64,000 nt of DNA from Atribacterota bacterium (GCA_040767965.1 JAXGNR010000010.1:32001-96000); one strand, 5' to 3'. Positions 1-10,280 are shown, counted from the first letter of the stretch. Notes: generated by a model not told the origin, from the letters alone. Program-made: numbers and translations.

Positions 1-618
1 CTGGAATGTGATTTATTTTATAAAGGAGATATCTCAGAAGAAGATGTGTTAAAATCATTTTCTAACCAGGTTTTAAGGAAATTTGGTAAAATTGATTATC
101 TAATTAATAATGCCTGTCTGAGCAAGAAAGGACTCTGGTCTGATTGTAATTATGATGATTTTAATTATGTTTTGAAAGTTGGCATAACTGCACCGTATAT
201 ATTGACTAGATTATTTATGGAACATTTTAATCCTGATGCCGCGATTGTTAATATTGCTTCAACCAGGGCGAAAATGTCTCAACCGGATACTGAAAGCTAT
301 TCGGCTGCCAAGGGAGGCATTAGTTCTTTAACTCATGCCATGGCCATTAGTTTAGCTGGCAAAGTCAGAGTTAATTCTGTTTCACCAGGCTGGGTAAATT
401 TGTCAGTAAATAATCAGCAATTCAGTCAGGCAGACTATGCGCAACATCCGGTAAAAAGAATAGGATCAACTTTAGATATTGCCAATCTTGTTCTCTTCTT
501 ATGCAGTCAGGGCAGCAGTTTTATAAATGGAGAAAATATTACAGTGGATGGAGGAATGAGCAGATTAATGATTTATCATAATGATTTCGGGTGGAAATAT
601 AACGGATGTTTTGATTAA
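1..618 (+). CDS. SDR family oxidoreductase, 5'-truncated by window edge
   Basis: Frame open from base 1; NNA, YSAAKGG catalytic motif and VNSVSPG. Confidence 0.9.
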   Translation: MECDLFYKGDISEEDVLKSFSNQVLRKFGKIDYLINNACLSKKGLWSDCNYDDFNYVLKVGITAPYILTRLFMEHFNPDAAIVNIASTRAKMSQPDTESYSAAKGGISSLTHAMAISLAGKVRVNSVSPGWVNLSVNNQQFSQADYAQHPVKRIGSTLDIANLVLFLCSQGSSFINGENITVDGGMSRLMIYHNDFGWKYNGCFD

Positions 619-641
619 TAAATTAATAAGAGGAATGTTTT

Positions 642-860
642 ATGAAAAAGATATTCTTATTTTTTATAATAACTTTTTTATTGATACTTATTTTATCCGG
701 GTGTAATAATATAATTCCTCAGGATAATACAGAAGATATTGAACAGTCAGAAGAAGGACCAATTGAAACAGGTGATAACCCTGGTCCTGCCCCTAATTCG
801 GGAGATGGTGTTTCTGATGGCTCAGGGTGGAAAGGATTGTTAGGTATTTTTAGCAGCTAG
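642..860 (+). CDS. small lipoprotein
   Basis: RBS GAGGA; signal peptide with lipobox LSGC; acidic/Gly-rich tail GPAPNSGDGVSDGSGW. Confidence 0.7.
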   Translation: MKKIFLFFIITFLLILILSGCNNIIPQDNTEDIEQSEEGPIETGDNPGPAPNSGDGVSDGSGWKGLLGIFSS

Positions 861-1125
861 AGGGTATCTTCCCAATCCATGCACCCAAATTGACCAAGTC
901 ACACAAAGCAGAGAAGGAAATAATTTTTATATCACCATTAAAATAAAATCAGCTCCAAATCCATGTATACAGGTTTTAACTCCTTTTGAAGAAACTATAT
1001 CTCTTGATGTATATGGTTTGCCTGCCGGAATTTATAAGGTAAATGTCAATGGTATTGAAGATATCTTTGTCTTAGACTTAGATAATATTTTACCAGAGAC
1101 TTCCAGCAAGATTGATATGGAATAA
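844..1125 (+). pseudogene. start-less fragment of an extracytoplasmic two-Cys domain
   Basis: Frame +1 reads VFLAARGYLPNPCTQIDQ...PCIQVLTPFEETISLDVYGLPAGIYKVNVNG...DME*; no start codon; overlaps end of upstream lipoprotein. Confidence 0.6.
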
Positions 1126-1271
1126 CTACCTCCTGAACTGTTATAGTAAAAATTTGCAGTAACTTAAGTCTGATTAAGAAAACTATTCAAAATAACCTGC
1201 ATTAATATCCTGTATTGAAAATCTATAGTAAATATTTAATATTTTTTGAAAAACTTGCTATTTTATAAAAT

Positions 1272-1298
1272 ATCTAGTAATCTACTAGATTAGTAGAT
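1272..1298. promoter_or_regulatory. two overlapping 8-3-8 inverted repeats, candidate operator
   Basis: ATCTAGTA-atc-TACTAGAT (1272-1290) and ATCTACTA-gat-TAGTAGAT (1280-1298) just upstream of RBS GGAGG. Confidence 0.55.
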
Positions 1299-1324
1299 AA
1301 CTAATATAATTTGGAGGAAATATT

Positions 1325-1807
1325 ATGAAGATCCCTACAGAATTAAAACATAAGCCCGTTATTGTTTCAGAAGAATACAATAAGATTGACGGGAGAATGG
1401 CTCATGATTCAGATGCAAAAGGATTATCTTTAGGGTTGGCACAATGGAACGACAGGGGTAATCTGGAAATATCTGCTAAAATATGGAGGCATACTGGAGA
1501 AAAATGGTCTCGACAATCAGAAGAAATGCCCTTCCATAGAGTGCTTGATCTGGCAATTCTAATCTGTAAAACAAGAAAGATTTTCCTGGAAAGATATCAC
1601 AAAAATGAAAAGGATTTTCCACATTATCCATTACTTGATAGAATTGGGCTGCAGGGTGGGGCTATGAATGTAGCAGTCTGCACTGAAAATGAGCATATTG
1701 ATACAGATATGAATTTATTTGATGATTGCCTGCATAAAGATGATGAAATAATAAGCGAAAGACTCAGTGTTCTCTATGAATTATTAAAAGAGATTAAGGA
1801 AATATAA
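1325..1807 (+). CDS. DUF6530-like conserved hypothetical protein
   Basis: MKIPTELKHKPV...KGLSLGLAQWNDRG...KWSRQSEE signature recognised; strong RBS. Confidence 0.75.
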   Translation: MKIPTELKHKPVIVSEEYNKIDGRMAHDSDAKGLSLGLAQWNDRGNLEISAKIWRHTGEKWSRQSEEMPFHRVLDLAILICKTRKIFLERYHKNEKDFPHYPLLDRIGLQGGAMNVAVCTENEHIDTDMNLFDDCLHKDDEIISERLSVLYELLKEIKEI

Positions 1808-2179
1808 TATAAAAATATTTTATTGATACTATAGAGAAGTTTAAGCTTGTCCTGAAATTATTTGTATAATAGTCATAGCAATCACTAAAGCTGATTTAAA
1901 ATTATCAATTAATTCAGTATGTTAATTTTGTATTACTATCACAATAATATGAATACCTACTTATTTTGCTGATTAAGTTGTATAATATATATAAAATCAG
2001 AATTGAGCGAATTAAGTAAAATATTTTTTAATTAATGTTGATATGTTGAATACACAATAATATAAAAATAGTTCCGAAATATAAAATAGAAAGGAGCTGG
2101 ATATAGAATTTTCAAAAATTAATAATAATAGAATAATTTTTAGTATCTTTCTTTTTTGTAATTTTGGAGGTTAATAATA

Positions 2180-3163
2180 ATGAAAAAAATACCTTTTATT
2201 AATAGAAAAATAATTTTTCTTATTCCTATCCTGGTACTGTTGTTCTTGTTTTTATGTGTTTCAGTAAATGCCCAACAATTAAAATATGGGACTCTTGCTA
2301 TTAATTCTAATCCAAAAGGGGCTAAAGTTTATCTTGATAATGACTATAAAGGAGAAACACCGTTAGAGTTAAAAAATATTTCAACTGGCCAATATACTCT
2401 TAAGATGACTTTAGATGGCTATGAAGATTGGACCAGTACCGTGATTATATTGCCAGTGCTAACTGTAAGGGTTACAACTGATCTGGTTCCTAAAGAGAGA
2501 GTAGTAGAATCCGGTTCTGTCGCTGTCAATTCAAATCCTCAGGGAGCAAGAGTCTACCTTGATAATGACTATAAAGGAAATACTCCTATAAATTTAAGAG
2601 AAGTTAGACCTGGAAGACATAATATTAAAGTCACTCTTTCAGGCTACGAAGAATGGATAACTAATATTACTATTACCCCATCTAAAGTAGAAAGAATTTA
2701 TGCTGATTTAAAAGTTTTAGAAGATTATGGCTCAGTTTCTATCAATTCTAGTCCCCAGGGAGCAGATATTTATTTAAATGAAGAGTATAGAGGATTAACC
2801 CCTCTTAACCTGCAAAACATTGCAGCTGACAAATATACAGTTAAAGTGTCTTTGCCTGGATATGAGGAATGGATTGAAGATATTACAATCTCACCTGGTA
2901 AAACAGCAAGAGTATATGCTGAATTAGAATCTCGTCCTGCCTATGGTTCTATACCCATTTATTGTGAGCAAAAAGGTGCCCAGATATTTTTAAATGGAGC
3001 TTATGTAAAAGATATTGATAGCAATTCAATGGTACTGGCTAATATCAAAAGTGGGAAATATGAGATTGTCATACTTCAAGATGGATTCCGGGCTTGGATT
3101 AAAGATATAGAGGTTTTTAAAGATGAAACAACAGCAATAGATGTTATTATGACTAAAATTTAA
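2180..3163 (+). CDS. secreted PEGA-repeat protein (four repeats)
   Basis: Signal peptide; repeated INSNPKGAKVYLD...KG.TP...GYEEW units. Confidence 0.9.
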   Translation: MKKIPFINRKIIFLIPILVLLFLFLCVSVNAQQLKYGTLAINSNPKGAKVYLDNDYKGETPLELKNISTGQYTLKMTLDGYEDWTSTVIILPVLTVRVTTDLVPKERVVESGSVAVNSNPQGARVYLDNDYKGNTPINLREVRPGRHNIKVTLSGYEEWITNITITPSKVERIYADLKVLEDYGSVSINSSPQGADIYLNEEYRGLTPLNLQNIAADKYTVKVSLPGYEEWIEDITISPGKTARVYAELESRPAYGSIPIYCEQKGAQIFLNGAYVKDIDSNSMVLANIKSGKYEIVILQDGFRAWIKDIEVFKDETTAIDVIMTKI

Positions 3164-3181
3164 CTAAATAATAATGCATAT

Positions 3182-3224
3182 AACCGGGGTTGATTATTTA
3201 ATCAATTAGCCCCGGTTTTTGTTT
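3182..3224 (+). terminator. intrinsic terminator
   Basis: AACCGGGG...CCCCGGTT stem followed by T tract. Confidence 0.8.
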
Positions 3225-3290
3225 TGATATATTTCAACCCAGCAAAAGATCCGGATTCTGTTCTATAACTGCTTGAAGGAGAATAATTGT

Positions 3291-3896
3291 ATGAATATAC
3301 AAAAGAAGAAAATGCTTTCCGGCAAGCCATATATAGCTTTTGACAAAGAATTACTTCAAGAAAGGCAATATGCCAAAGGATTAATTTATAACTTTAATTT
3401 GCTTCATCCTGAAGAAATTGAGAAAAGAAATGGAATAATAAAAAAACTGTTTGGCAAGGTAAAAGGGACTTTTTTTATAGAACCCCCATTTCGTTGTGAT
3501 TATGGGTACAATATAGAAATTGGTGATAACTTTTATTCAAATTACAATTTGATAATTTTGGATTGTGCCAGAGTAATATTTGGAGATAATGTCATGATAG
3601 GTCCTAATGTCGGCATTTATACCGCAGGACATCCATTGGATCATGAAATTAGAAATACCTTATATGAATTTGCTTTACCAATTACAATTGGTGATAATGT
3701 CTGGATTGGGGGGAATGTAGTGATAAATCCAAACATTAAAATTGGAAATAATTCAGTGATTGGCTCAGGAAGTGTAGTTACAAAGAACATTCCGGACAAT
3801 GTAATTGCTGCAGGTAATCCCTGCAGGGTGCTAAGAGAACTAACTGCAGATGACAAAATATATTATTACAAGAACATGAAATTTGATGAAATGTAA
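3291..3896 (+). CDS. maa: maltose/galactoside O-acetyltransferase
   Basis: PPFRCDYGYNI, hexapeptide repeats, AAGNPCRV; ATG at 3291 follows AGGAG. Confidence 0.88.
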   Translation: MNIQKKKMLSGKPYIAFDKELLQERQYAKGLIYNFNLLHPEEIEKRNGIIKKLFGKVKGTFFIEPPFRCDYGYNIEIGDNFYSNYNLIILDCARVIFGDNVMIGPNVGIYTAGHPLDHEIRNTLYEFALPITIGDNVWIGGNVVINPNIKIGNNSVIGSGSVVTKNIPDNVIAAGNPCRVLRELTADDKIYYYKNMKFDEM

Positions 3897-4220
3897 ACAA
3901 TAAAATATATTTTTGTATAAATCTTTTAAATGAATTAGTTCCCTGTTTAATTAATTCTATTTTCTTATTGCTCTTCGGAAAAGATGTATTTATCATACCT
4001 TATTTTTAGACTTTTCCTTACATCTACTTGCATCTACGAGAAAAATACGTTTAGAAGAAAATAACAAAAAATATCTTTTTTCATAATATTATTGCAATTA
4101 AACAATTTATATAATAATATTTTCATTATTTTTAATTATATAAATAACTTTTTATAGTAAAGTATTATTCTATTCAGCTCAGCTGAAAACTATCTGAAAA
4201 ATAATAAAAAGGATGGCGCA

Positions 4221-4385
4221 ATGAAAAAAGAAAAGAATAAAAAGAATGTATCTCATGAAGAATTGTCTATCCCGGAGTTAAATGCAGAAGAAATAATATT
4301 GTTTGATAAAACTGATAAGCCATTTTTAATTTTATATTTATTTATATTCATTATGGGCATCATTCTGACCATAATTAGTATATAG
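4221..4385 (+). CDS. 54-aa single-TM protein, not in ORF track
   Basis: AAGGA RBS; MKKEKNKK...PFLILYLFIFIMGIILTIISI*; ends 20 bp before the SSS gene. Confidence 0.7.
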   Translation: MKKEKNKKNVSHEELSIPELNAEEIILFDKTDKPFLILYLFIFIMGIILTIISI

Positions 4386-4405
4386 GAAAGGCCAGGTTAA
4401 AAGTA

Positions 4406-5863
4406 ATGCCAATACAGATTATTATATTGATTGCTTATTTTATTTTAATAATATTCCTGGGAATATTAGCAATGAAAAAAGTAAAGGGTTCTGAGGATTT
4501 ACTGGTAGCTGGCAGAAACCTGGGTATGATGTATGTATCAGTTTCTATTGCTGCTGAGTACATGGGAGGTTTAGGGACTATCGGTACAGCCGAAGTAGCT
4601 TTTAATCAAGGGATGGGTGTTATCTGGTATCATATTGCATCAGCCTGTGGTTTGATTTTCTTTGGTATTGGGTTTGCTCATTATTATCGTAAATATAATG
4701 TTATTACTGTGCCAGAGTACTTGTACTTTTTATATGATATTAAAACCTGGAAGGCAGCTTCTTTTCTAAATGTTTTTGCTTATTGGATTTTTACTGTAAT
4801 TCAAATGACCGCAATGGGTTCTTTGGTAGCCAGTGTTACCGGATTTGACCTGAAATGGAGTGCTTTAATATGTGGATTGGGAATGACAGTATATCTGCTT
4901 GCAGCGGGCATGTGGTCTGTTGCTTTTACCAGTGTCGCTTTTATGATTACTATCGGTACGGGAATTCCTTTGGCTTTCTGGTGGGTAATGAAATATGAAG
5001 TTCCATTACTGGCCACCTCTGGTGGGATAACCGGCTTTGCAGGATTGGCAAATTCACTATTGGCAGCAGGTCTTGATGCAGAACATTTAATGAGCCCGTT
5101 CAGTCTGGGTGCAATGGCAATATTGGGTTATTTTCTTGGAGGAGTGTTAGGCATACCGGCTGCTCAAGCAACAATAAACTTTTCTTTTGGAGCCCGTAAC
5201 TGGAAAGTAGCACGACTGGCACCGGTATTGGCAGCTATCTTGATTTTACCTTTAAGCATCTGGACTGGATCTATGGGACTTTTTGCCAGAGCAGCTGATT
5301 TAACTGCTAATCCTAAACTAGCATTGGGAGCAACCCTAATGAACATAAATCCTATTATTGGTGGAATAGGAATAGCTGGTATTTTTGCAGCTTTGGTTTC
5401 AACAGTTGCTGGAATCTTATTTGGATGTGCGTCAATTATGGCTAAAGATGTCTGGCAAAGATGGTTACACCCCGGGACAGATGATAAGTATTTAGCCAAA
5501 TGGACCAGGTTATGGATACTTATAATAGGAGTGAGTTCAGCTTTTGGAGCCATGACATTGCCAAAAATTCTTCATCAGGCTTATTTTGTCTATTCTATAA
5601 GAAGTGCTTTAATGATTGCCGTAGCCTTTGGACTCTGGTGGAAAGCTGCACATCCTAATGCTGCTTACTGGAGTATGGTTGTCGCCTTAATAGGCGGTAC
5701 TATGTATCAATTTAATATTCCCATTAATTTTCAGTCATTTTTTCATTTACATATTGCAGTTTGGTGCGGACTCTTAAGTTTTATTACTTTTATTGTCATA
5801 AGTTTATTCTCAAAATGGACTTCCCAAACAGCCAGCGAACTTCCGCCCGCTGCACATAAATAA
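4406..5863 (+). CDS. sodium:solute symporter (SSS family)
   Basis: Many TM helices; LLVAGRNLG and TVPEYL motifs. Confidence 0.9.
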   Translation: MPIQIIILIAYFILIIFLGILAMKKVKGSEDLLVAGRNLGMMYVSVSIAAEYMGGLGTIGTAEVAFNQGMGVIWYHIASACGLIFFGIGFAHYYRKYNVITVPEYLYFLYDIKTWKAASFLNVFAYWIFTVIQMTAMGSLVASVTGFDLKWSALICGLGMTVYLLAAGMWSVAFTSVAFMITIGTGIPLAFWWVMKYEVPLLATSGGITGFAGLANSLLAAGLDAEHLMSPFSLGAMAILGYFLGGVLGIPAAQATINFSFGARNWKVARLAPVLAAILILPLSIWTGSMGLFARAADLTANPKLALGATLMNINPIIGGIGIAGIFAALVSTVAGILFGCASIMAKDVWQRWLHPGTDDKYLAKWTRLWILIIGVSSAFGAMTLPKILHQAYFVYSIRSALMIAVAFGLWWKAAHPNAAYWSMVVALIGGTMYQFNIPINFQSFFHLHIAVWCGLLSFITFIVISLFSKWTSQTASELPPAAHK

Positions 5864-5880
5864 AAAGAAGGAGGATAAAA

Positions 5881-6063
5881 ATGTATACTTATCTTTTTCC
5901 GGCTTTTTTAAAATTAGATTTAGTTATCTGGGCTATTTTGATAATTGTTTTTGCTTTGTTTACCTTGTATATTAATAAATTACCAGCTGATGCTATCAAA
6001 AAAAGTAATGCTCAGGCTATTGAGAATAAAAAAAGATTAGGAATAAAAATTTATAAAATATAA
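5881..6063 (+). CDS. 60-aa single-TM protein
   Basis: AGGAGG RBS; one hydrophobic helix; directly after SSS gene. Confidence 0.7.
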   Translation: MYTYLFPAFLKLDLVIWAILIIVFALFTLYINKLPADAIKKSNAQAIENKKRLGIKIYKI

Positions 6064-6162
6064 ATTAAATAAAATAGGTATTATTAGCTATTTTCTAAAA
6101 TGATCCATTAAAAGGGAAATAGAGATATAGGAAATTATTTTAAAGACAATAGTAAAGGAAAT

Positions 6163-6858
6163 ATGATTGAAGATATAAAAGAAGAATTCCAAAAATTAAA
6201 AAATCCAGAACATGCAGCCCAATTGCAAAGATATTTCAAAACAGGCAAAGGTGAATATGGTGAAGGAGACATATTTTTAGGTTTGCGGGTTCCTGTTATC
6301 AGGAAAACTGCCAGGAAATACAAAACAATATCATTGGAAATTGCAGTAAAATTTCTCCACTCTCCATTTCATGAAGAACGATTATTTGCTCTGCTTGTAA
6401 TGATAGAAATGCTAAAAAAAGCAAACGGGATAGATAAGGAAAAAATTTATAATCTTTATTTAAACAATACTGAATATATTAACAATTGGGATTTAGTTGA
6501 TTTATCTGCAGGAAAAATAATAGGAAGTTATTTATTTGATCGAAGCAGAGAACCTCTTTATCTTTTAGCCAAATCAAAATATATATGGGAACGTAGGATT
6601 GCCATTATATCTACTTCATACTTTATTTCCAAGAATGACTTTGAAGATACATTAAATATTGCAGAGGTCCTATTACAGGATAAAGAAGACCTAATCCAGA
6701 AAGCAGTTGGCTGGATGCTTAGAGAAGTAGGTAAAAGAGATCTTGAGACTGAAGAAAGATTTTTAAAAATACATTATAAATTAATGCCTCGTACTATGTT
6801 GCGTTATGCAATTGAAAAATTTCCTGAAGCAAAAAGACAGATTTACTTAAAAAAATAA
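6163..6858 (+). CDS. AlkD-like DNA alkylation repair protein
   Basis: YFKTGKGEYGEGD, NNWDLVD and KAVGWMLRE motifs. Confidence 0.9.
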   Translation: MIEDIKEEFQKLKNPEHAAQLQRYFKTGKGEYGEGDIFLGLRVPVIRKTARKYKTISLEIAVKFLHSPFHEERLFALLVMIEMLKKANGIDKEKIYNLYLNNTEYINNWDLVDLSAGKIIGSYLFDRSREPLYLLAKSKYIWERRIAIISTSYFISKNDFEDTLNIAEVLLQDKEDLIQKAVGWMLREVGKRDLETEERFLKIHYKLMPRTMLRYAIEKFPEAKRQIYLKK

Positions 6859-7059
6859 AAATAATTATAAATTGTAAAAGAATAACTTCATTATTAAAAT
6901 CCTCTAACATCACAATCTTGCCTTAATATAAGTAACACAGAAAAAATTAAATAATAATCCTTTCTTATTTTTTTCAAAATAACAAGAGTAATTATGCTGC
7001 ATTAAATGTTTGCAGGTAAATTTGAAATTTATAAATAAGAAATGTTTGTTAAATAAAGA

Positions 7060-7107
7060 TTGACAAAAAATTTTTTCAGATTTACCATGTTAATGGTAAT
7101 CATTATC
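7060..7107 (+). promoter_or_regulatory. sigma70 promoter with adjacent Fur box
   Basis: TTGACA-17-TACCAT (7060-7088), then GTTAATGGTAATCATTATC (7089-7107), 17/19 match to GATAATGATAATCATTATC. Confidence 0.8.
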
Positions 7108-7175
7108 AATAGTGAGCTATTTTATATTTGTTAAATAGAATTGTAAAAAAATAAAAAGGAAGGAAGTGAGTAGAG

Positions 7176-7388
7176 ATGCCCAGGGGAGATGGAACTGGAC
7201 CAGCAAGTACTGGCCAAGGATTCGGGCAGGGTAGAGGATCCAGACAAGGCCGCCGAGGAGGCGGAGGAGTTGGAGTTGAAGGAAATTGTGTTTGCCCTTC
7301 ATGCGACAATATTGTTGGACACCAAATAGGTGTTCCATGTAATAAGGTAAAATGCCCTAAATGCGGGACTTTGATGATAAAACAATAA
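7176..7388 (+). CDS. small Gly-rich protein with C-terminal Cys cluster (DUF5320-like)
   Basis: MPRGDGTGP N-terminus; CVCPSC...PC...KCPKC. Confidence 0.75.
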   Translation: MPRGDGTGPASTGQGFGQGRGSRQGRRGGGGVGVEGNCVCPSCDNIVGHQIGVPCNKVKCPKCGTLMIKQ

Positions 7389-7407
7389 AGTTAAGGAAGG
7401 TTACTAA

Positions 7408-8274
7408 ATGATTATTTCCATAGCCAGTGGCAAAGGCGGAACCGGCAAAACAACAATGGCCGTTAACTTGGCTTTAGTTTTAGCTGAGAATAAAGCCAGA
7501 AATATATTTTTTTTAGATTGTGATGTAGAAGAGCCAAATGCTCACCTGTTTTTGAATCCTGTTATAAAGAAAACAGAACCAGTTGAGGTGCCAGTTCCTG
7601 AGATTGATGATTCAAAATGCAACCATTGCGGTAAATGTGCAGAAGTCTGTGTTTATAATGCAATTGCGGTTACAAAAAACAAAGTCCTTATATTTCCTGA
7701 ATTATGTCATGGTTGTGGGGCTTGTTCTTTATTATGTCCTAAAAAAGCTATTAATGAGGTAGGAAAGTCAATAGGTATTTTAGAAGAAGGAAAATCAGGT
7801 ATGATTCATTTTTACCATGGTCTTTTAGATATAGGTGAACCGATGTCTCCTCCTATTATCAGAAAAATAAAAAAAAGAGGTTTACAGGGCTATTCTAAAT
7901 CTGAAAATAATAACATTATGCTAATAGATGCTCCTCCTGGTACCTCTTGTCCGGTTATTGAGTCAATTAAAGACAGTGATTATACTATATTGGTAACTGA
8001 GCCAACCCCTTTTGGATTACACGATCTTGTTTTAGCTGTAGAAGTGCTTCAAAAATTGAAAATTCCTCATGGTGTAATATTAAATAAAAGTAATGTTGGT
8101 GATTCTGGTGTAGAAGAATATTGTAAGGAAAATAATATTCCCATTTTATTATCTATTCCTTTAGATAAAGAAATTGCTATTGCTTATTCAAAAGGAATTC
8201 CAATTGTTGAGGCCAATCCTTCTTATAAGCAGAAATTTTTGGAGCTATATAAAAAAATAAGTAAAAATCTGTAA
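7408..8274 (+). CDS. MinD-superfamily P-loop ATPase with inserted 2x[4Fe-4S] ferredoxin domain (COG1149-type)
   Basis: SGKGGTGKT, DCDVEEPN, two CxxCxxCxxxC motifs, DAPPGTSCP. Confidence 0.9.
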   Translation: MIISIASGKGGTGKTTMAVNLALVLAENKARNIFFLDCDVEEPNAHLFLNPVIKKTEPVEVPVPEIDDSKCNHCGKCAEVCVYNAIAVTKNKVLIFPELCHGCGACSLLCPKKAINEVGKSIGILEEGKSGMIHFYHGLLDIGEPMSPPIIRKIKKRGLQGYSKSENNNIMLIDAPPGTSCPVIESIKDSDYTILVTEPTPFGLHDLVLAVEVLQKLKIPHGVILNKSNVGDSGVEEYCKENNIPILLSIPLDKEIAIAYSKGIPIVEANPSYKQKFLELYKKISKNL

Positions 8275-8310
8275 ATAATTGTTTATATTGTCATAAAAAA
8301 GAGGTTTTAA

Positions 8311-9186
8311 ATGAAAGAAATAGCAATAATAAGTGGCAAGGGGGGAACAGGTAAAACTATAATTGCAGCAAATATTGCAGTCCTGGCACAAAAAAAAGTT
8401 TTAAGTGACTGTGATGTTGATGCTTCTAATCTTCATCTGTTATTAAATAACAAAATAATAGAAAGGCATGATTTTTATGCAGGACTAATCCCGATTGTAG
8501 ACTTGAAAAAATGTATTAATTGCAATCGTTGTGTTGAGAGTTGCCGCTTTGATGCGATTAAAGAAGTGGGGCAAAAGATTAATATTGATCATATATCCTG
8601 CGAAGGATGCGGCTTATGTTCTCTGGTTTGCCCCGTTCAGGCAATCAAGATGAAAGAGAACCATTGTGGAGAATGGTATATTTCTGATACAAAATATGGT
8701 CCTTTAATACATGCCAGACTAGGCATTGCTGAGGAAAATTCAGGGAAATTAGTTACTTTAGTGCGCCAGAATAGTAAAAAAGTAGCGGGAAAAAACAGTT
8801 TAGATTTAATAGTAACTGACGGTCCTCCAGGGATTGGATGTCCGCTTATTGCTACTTTAACTGGTGTAAATTTAGCACTGATTGTTACCGAGCCAACATT
8901 ATCAGGTATCCATGATTTAGAGAGAGTAACCAGGGTAGCATGTCATTTTGGAGTTAGAATAATTGTTCTTATAAATAAGTATGACATTAATATAGAAAAT
9001 TCTATTAAAATAGAAAAGTGGTGTGAAAATCAAAATATTAAGGTAGTTGGCAGGATTCACTTTGACAATATTTTTACTGAAGCCCTGGCTAACGGTATGC
9101 CTTTAATAGAATATAGTAAAAACAGCAAAGCAAGTTTAGAGATAAAAGATGTCTGGGAAAGACTTAAAAATATATTAAACGAATAG
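8311..9186 (+). CDS. MinD-superfamily P-loop ATPase with ferredoxin insert, paralog
   Basis: SGKGGTGKT, DCDVDA, two ferredoxin motifs, DGPPGIGCP. Confidence 0.9.
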   Translation: MKEIAIISGKGGTGKTIIAANIAVLAQKKVLSDCDVDASNLHLLLNNKIIERHDFYAGLIPIVDLKKCINCNRCVESCRFDAIKEVGQKINIDHISCEGCGLCSLVCPVQAIKMKENHCGEWYISDTKYGPLIHARLGIAEENSGKLVTLVRQNSKKVAGKNSLDLIVTDGPPGIGCPLIATLTGVNLALIVTEPTLSGIHDLERVTRVACHFGVRIIVLINKYDINIENSIKIEKWCENQNIKVVGRIHFDNIFTEALANGMPLIEYSKNSKASLEIKDVWERLKNILNE

Positions 9187-9200
9187 AAAGGAGAGAAAAT

Positions 9201-10142
9201 ATGCCTACTTTTGGACCTGTACCTTCCAGGCGTTTAGGGCAAAGCCTGGGAATAAATAACATTCCTCCTAAGATTTGTTCTTATTCTTGTGTTTATTGTC
9301 AAATAGGTAAGACTCTTCGGGTAAAGACAGATTTACAAAATTATTACTCTCCTGAGCAGATTTTTAAAGAAGTGGAAGAAAAGGTAAAGAAAAGTCAAGA
9401 AAAAGGTGAAAAAATTGATTATTTGACTTTTGTTCCAGATGGAGAACCTACTTTGGATATTAATCTGGGGCAGAAAATTCATTTAATTAAATCCCTGGGA
9501 ATTAAGACTGCAGTAATTACCAATGCTTCTCTCTTAGATAGAGAACAGGCAAGAGATAATTTGCAAGAAGCTGATCTGGTCTCTTTAAAAATAGACGCAG
9601 TTCAAGAAGAAGTATGGCGAAAAGTAAACAGGCCTCATCATGATATAGAGTTAGAATCCATGCTTAAAAATATTCTGTATTTTGCAAAAAACTTTCCAGG
9701 AGAAATAATAACAGAAACGATGCTAATCAGTAATTTAAATGATTCTATGGAAAATGTAATGCAAGTTGCTGCTTTTTTAGGACAAGTCAAACCAAATACT
9801 GCCTTTTTATCTATACCAATCAGGCCACCAGCTGAAAAATGGGTGCAACCACCGTCTGAACAGGTTTTAAGCAGAAGCTTTAATGTTTTTAAAGAAAAAA
9901 TTGATCAGGTAGAATATCTTATAGGCTATGAAGGAAATGCCTTTTCTTTCACCGGAAATGTTGAAGAAGATATTTTGAGCATAACTTCAGTACATCCAAT
10001 GCGCGAGGAAGCATTAAAGGATTTTTTAAAAAGAGCGAAGTCTGATTGGTCATCTATTGTCAGATTAATGAATGAACATAAATTAACAGAAACAGAGTAT
10101 AAAGGACATAAATTTTACATAAGAAAATTCTCACACTCATAA
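9201..10142 (+). CDS. radical SAM protein (COG0731-like)
   Basis: FGPVPSRRLGQSLG; CSYSCVYC. Confidence 0.9.
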   Translation: MPTFGPVPSRRLGQSLGINNIPPKICSYSCVYCQIGKTLRVKTDLQNYYSPEQIFKEVEEKVKKSQEKGEKIDYLTFVPDGEPTLDINLGQKIHLIKSLGIKTAVITNASLLDREQARDNLQEADLVSLKIDAVQEEVWRKVNRPHHDIELESMLKNILYFAKNFPGEIITETMLISNLNDSMENVMQVAAFLGQVKPNTAFLSIPIRPPAEKWVQPPSEQVLSRSFNVFKEKIDQVEYLIGYEGNAFSFTGNVEEDILSITSVHPMREEALKDFLKRAKSDWSSIVRLMNEHKLTETEYKGHKFYIRKFSHS

Positions 10143-10280
10143 CAATAGAAAGAAACGGCAAATACCAATAACTAGCTTTTTATTTTTAGAAAATACATTT
10201 CATGTTTCCTTTTAAAATATAAACCAGCAAATGAATTTTCAAAGGATTAATCCGATAACAACAAAAAAGTATAATCTAAT

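Noticed and set aside
2280-3160. Nucleotide repeats as a CRISPR array or DGR
   Set aside because: They are coding PEGA repeats; no spacer array, cas gene or reverse transcriptase in the window
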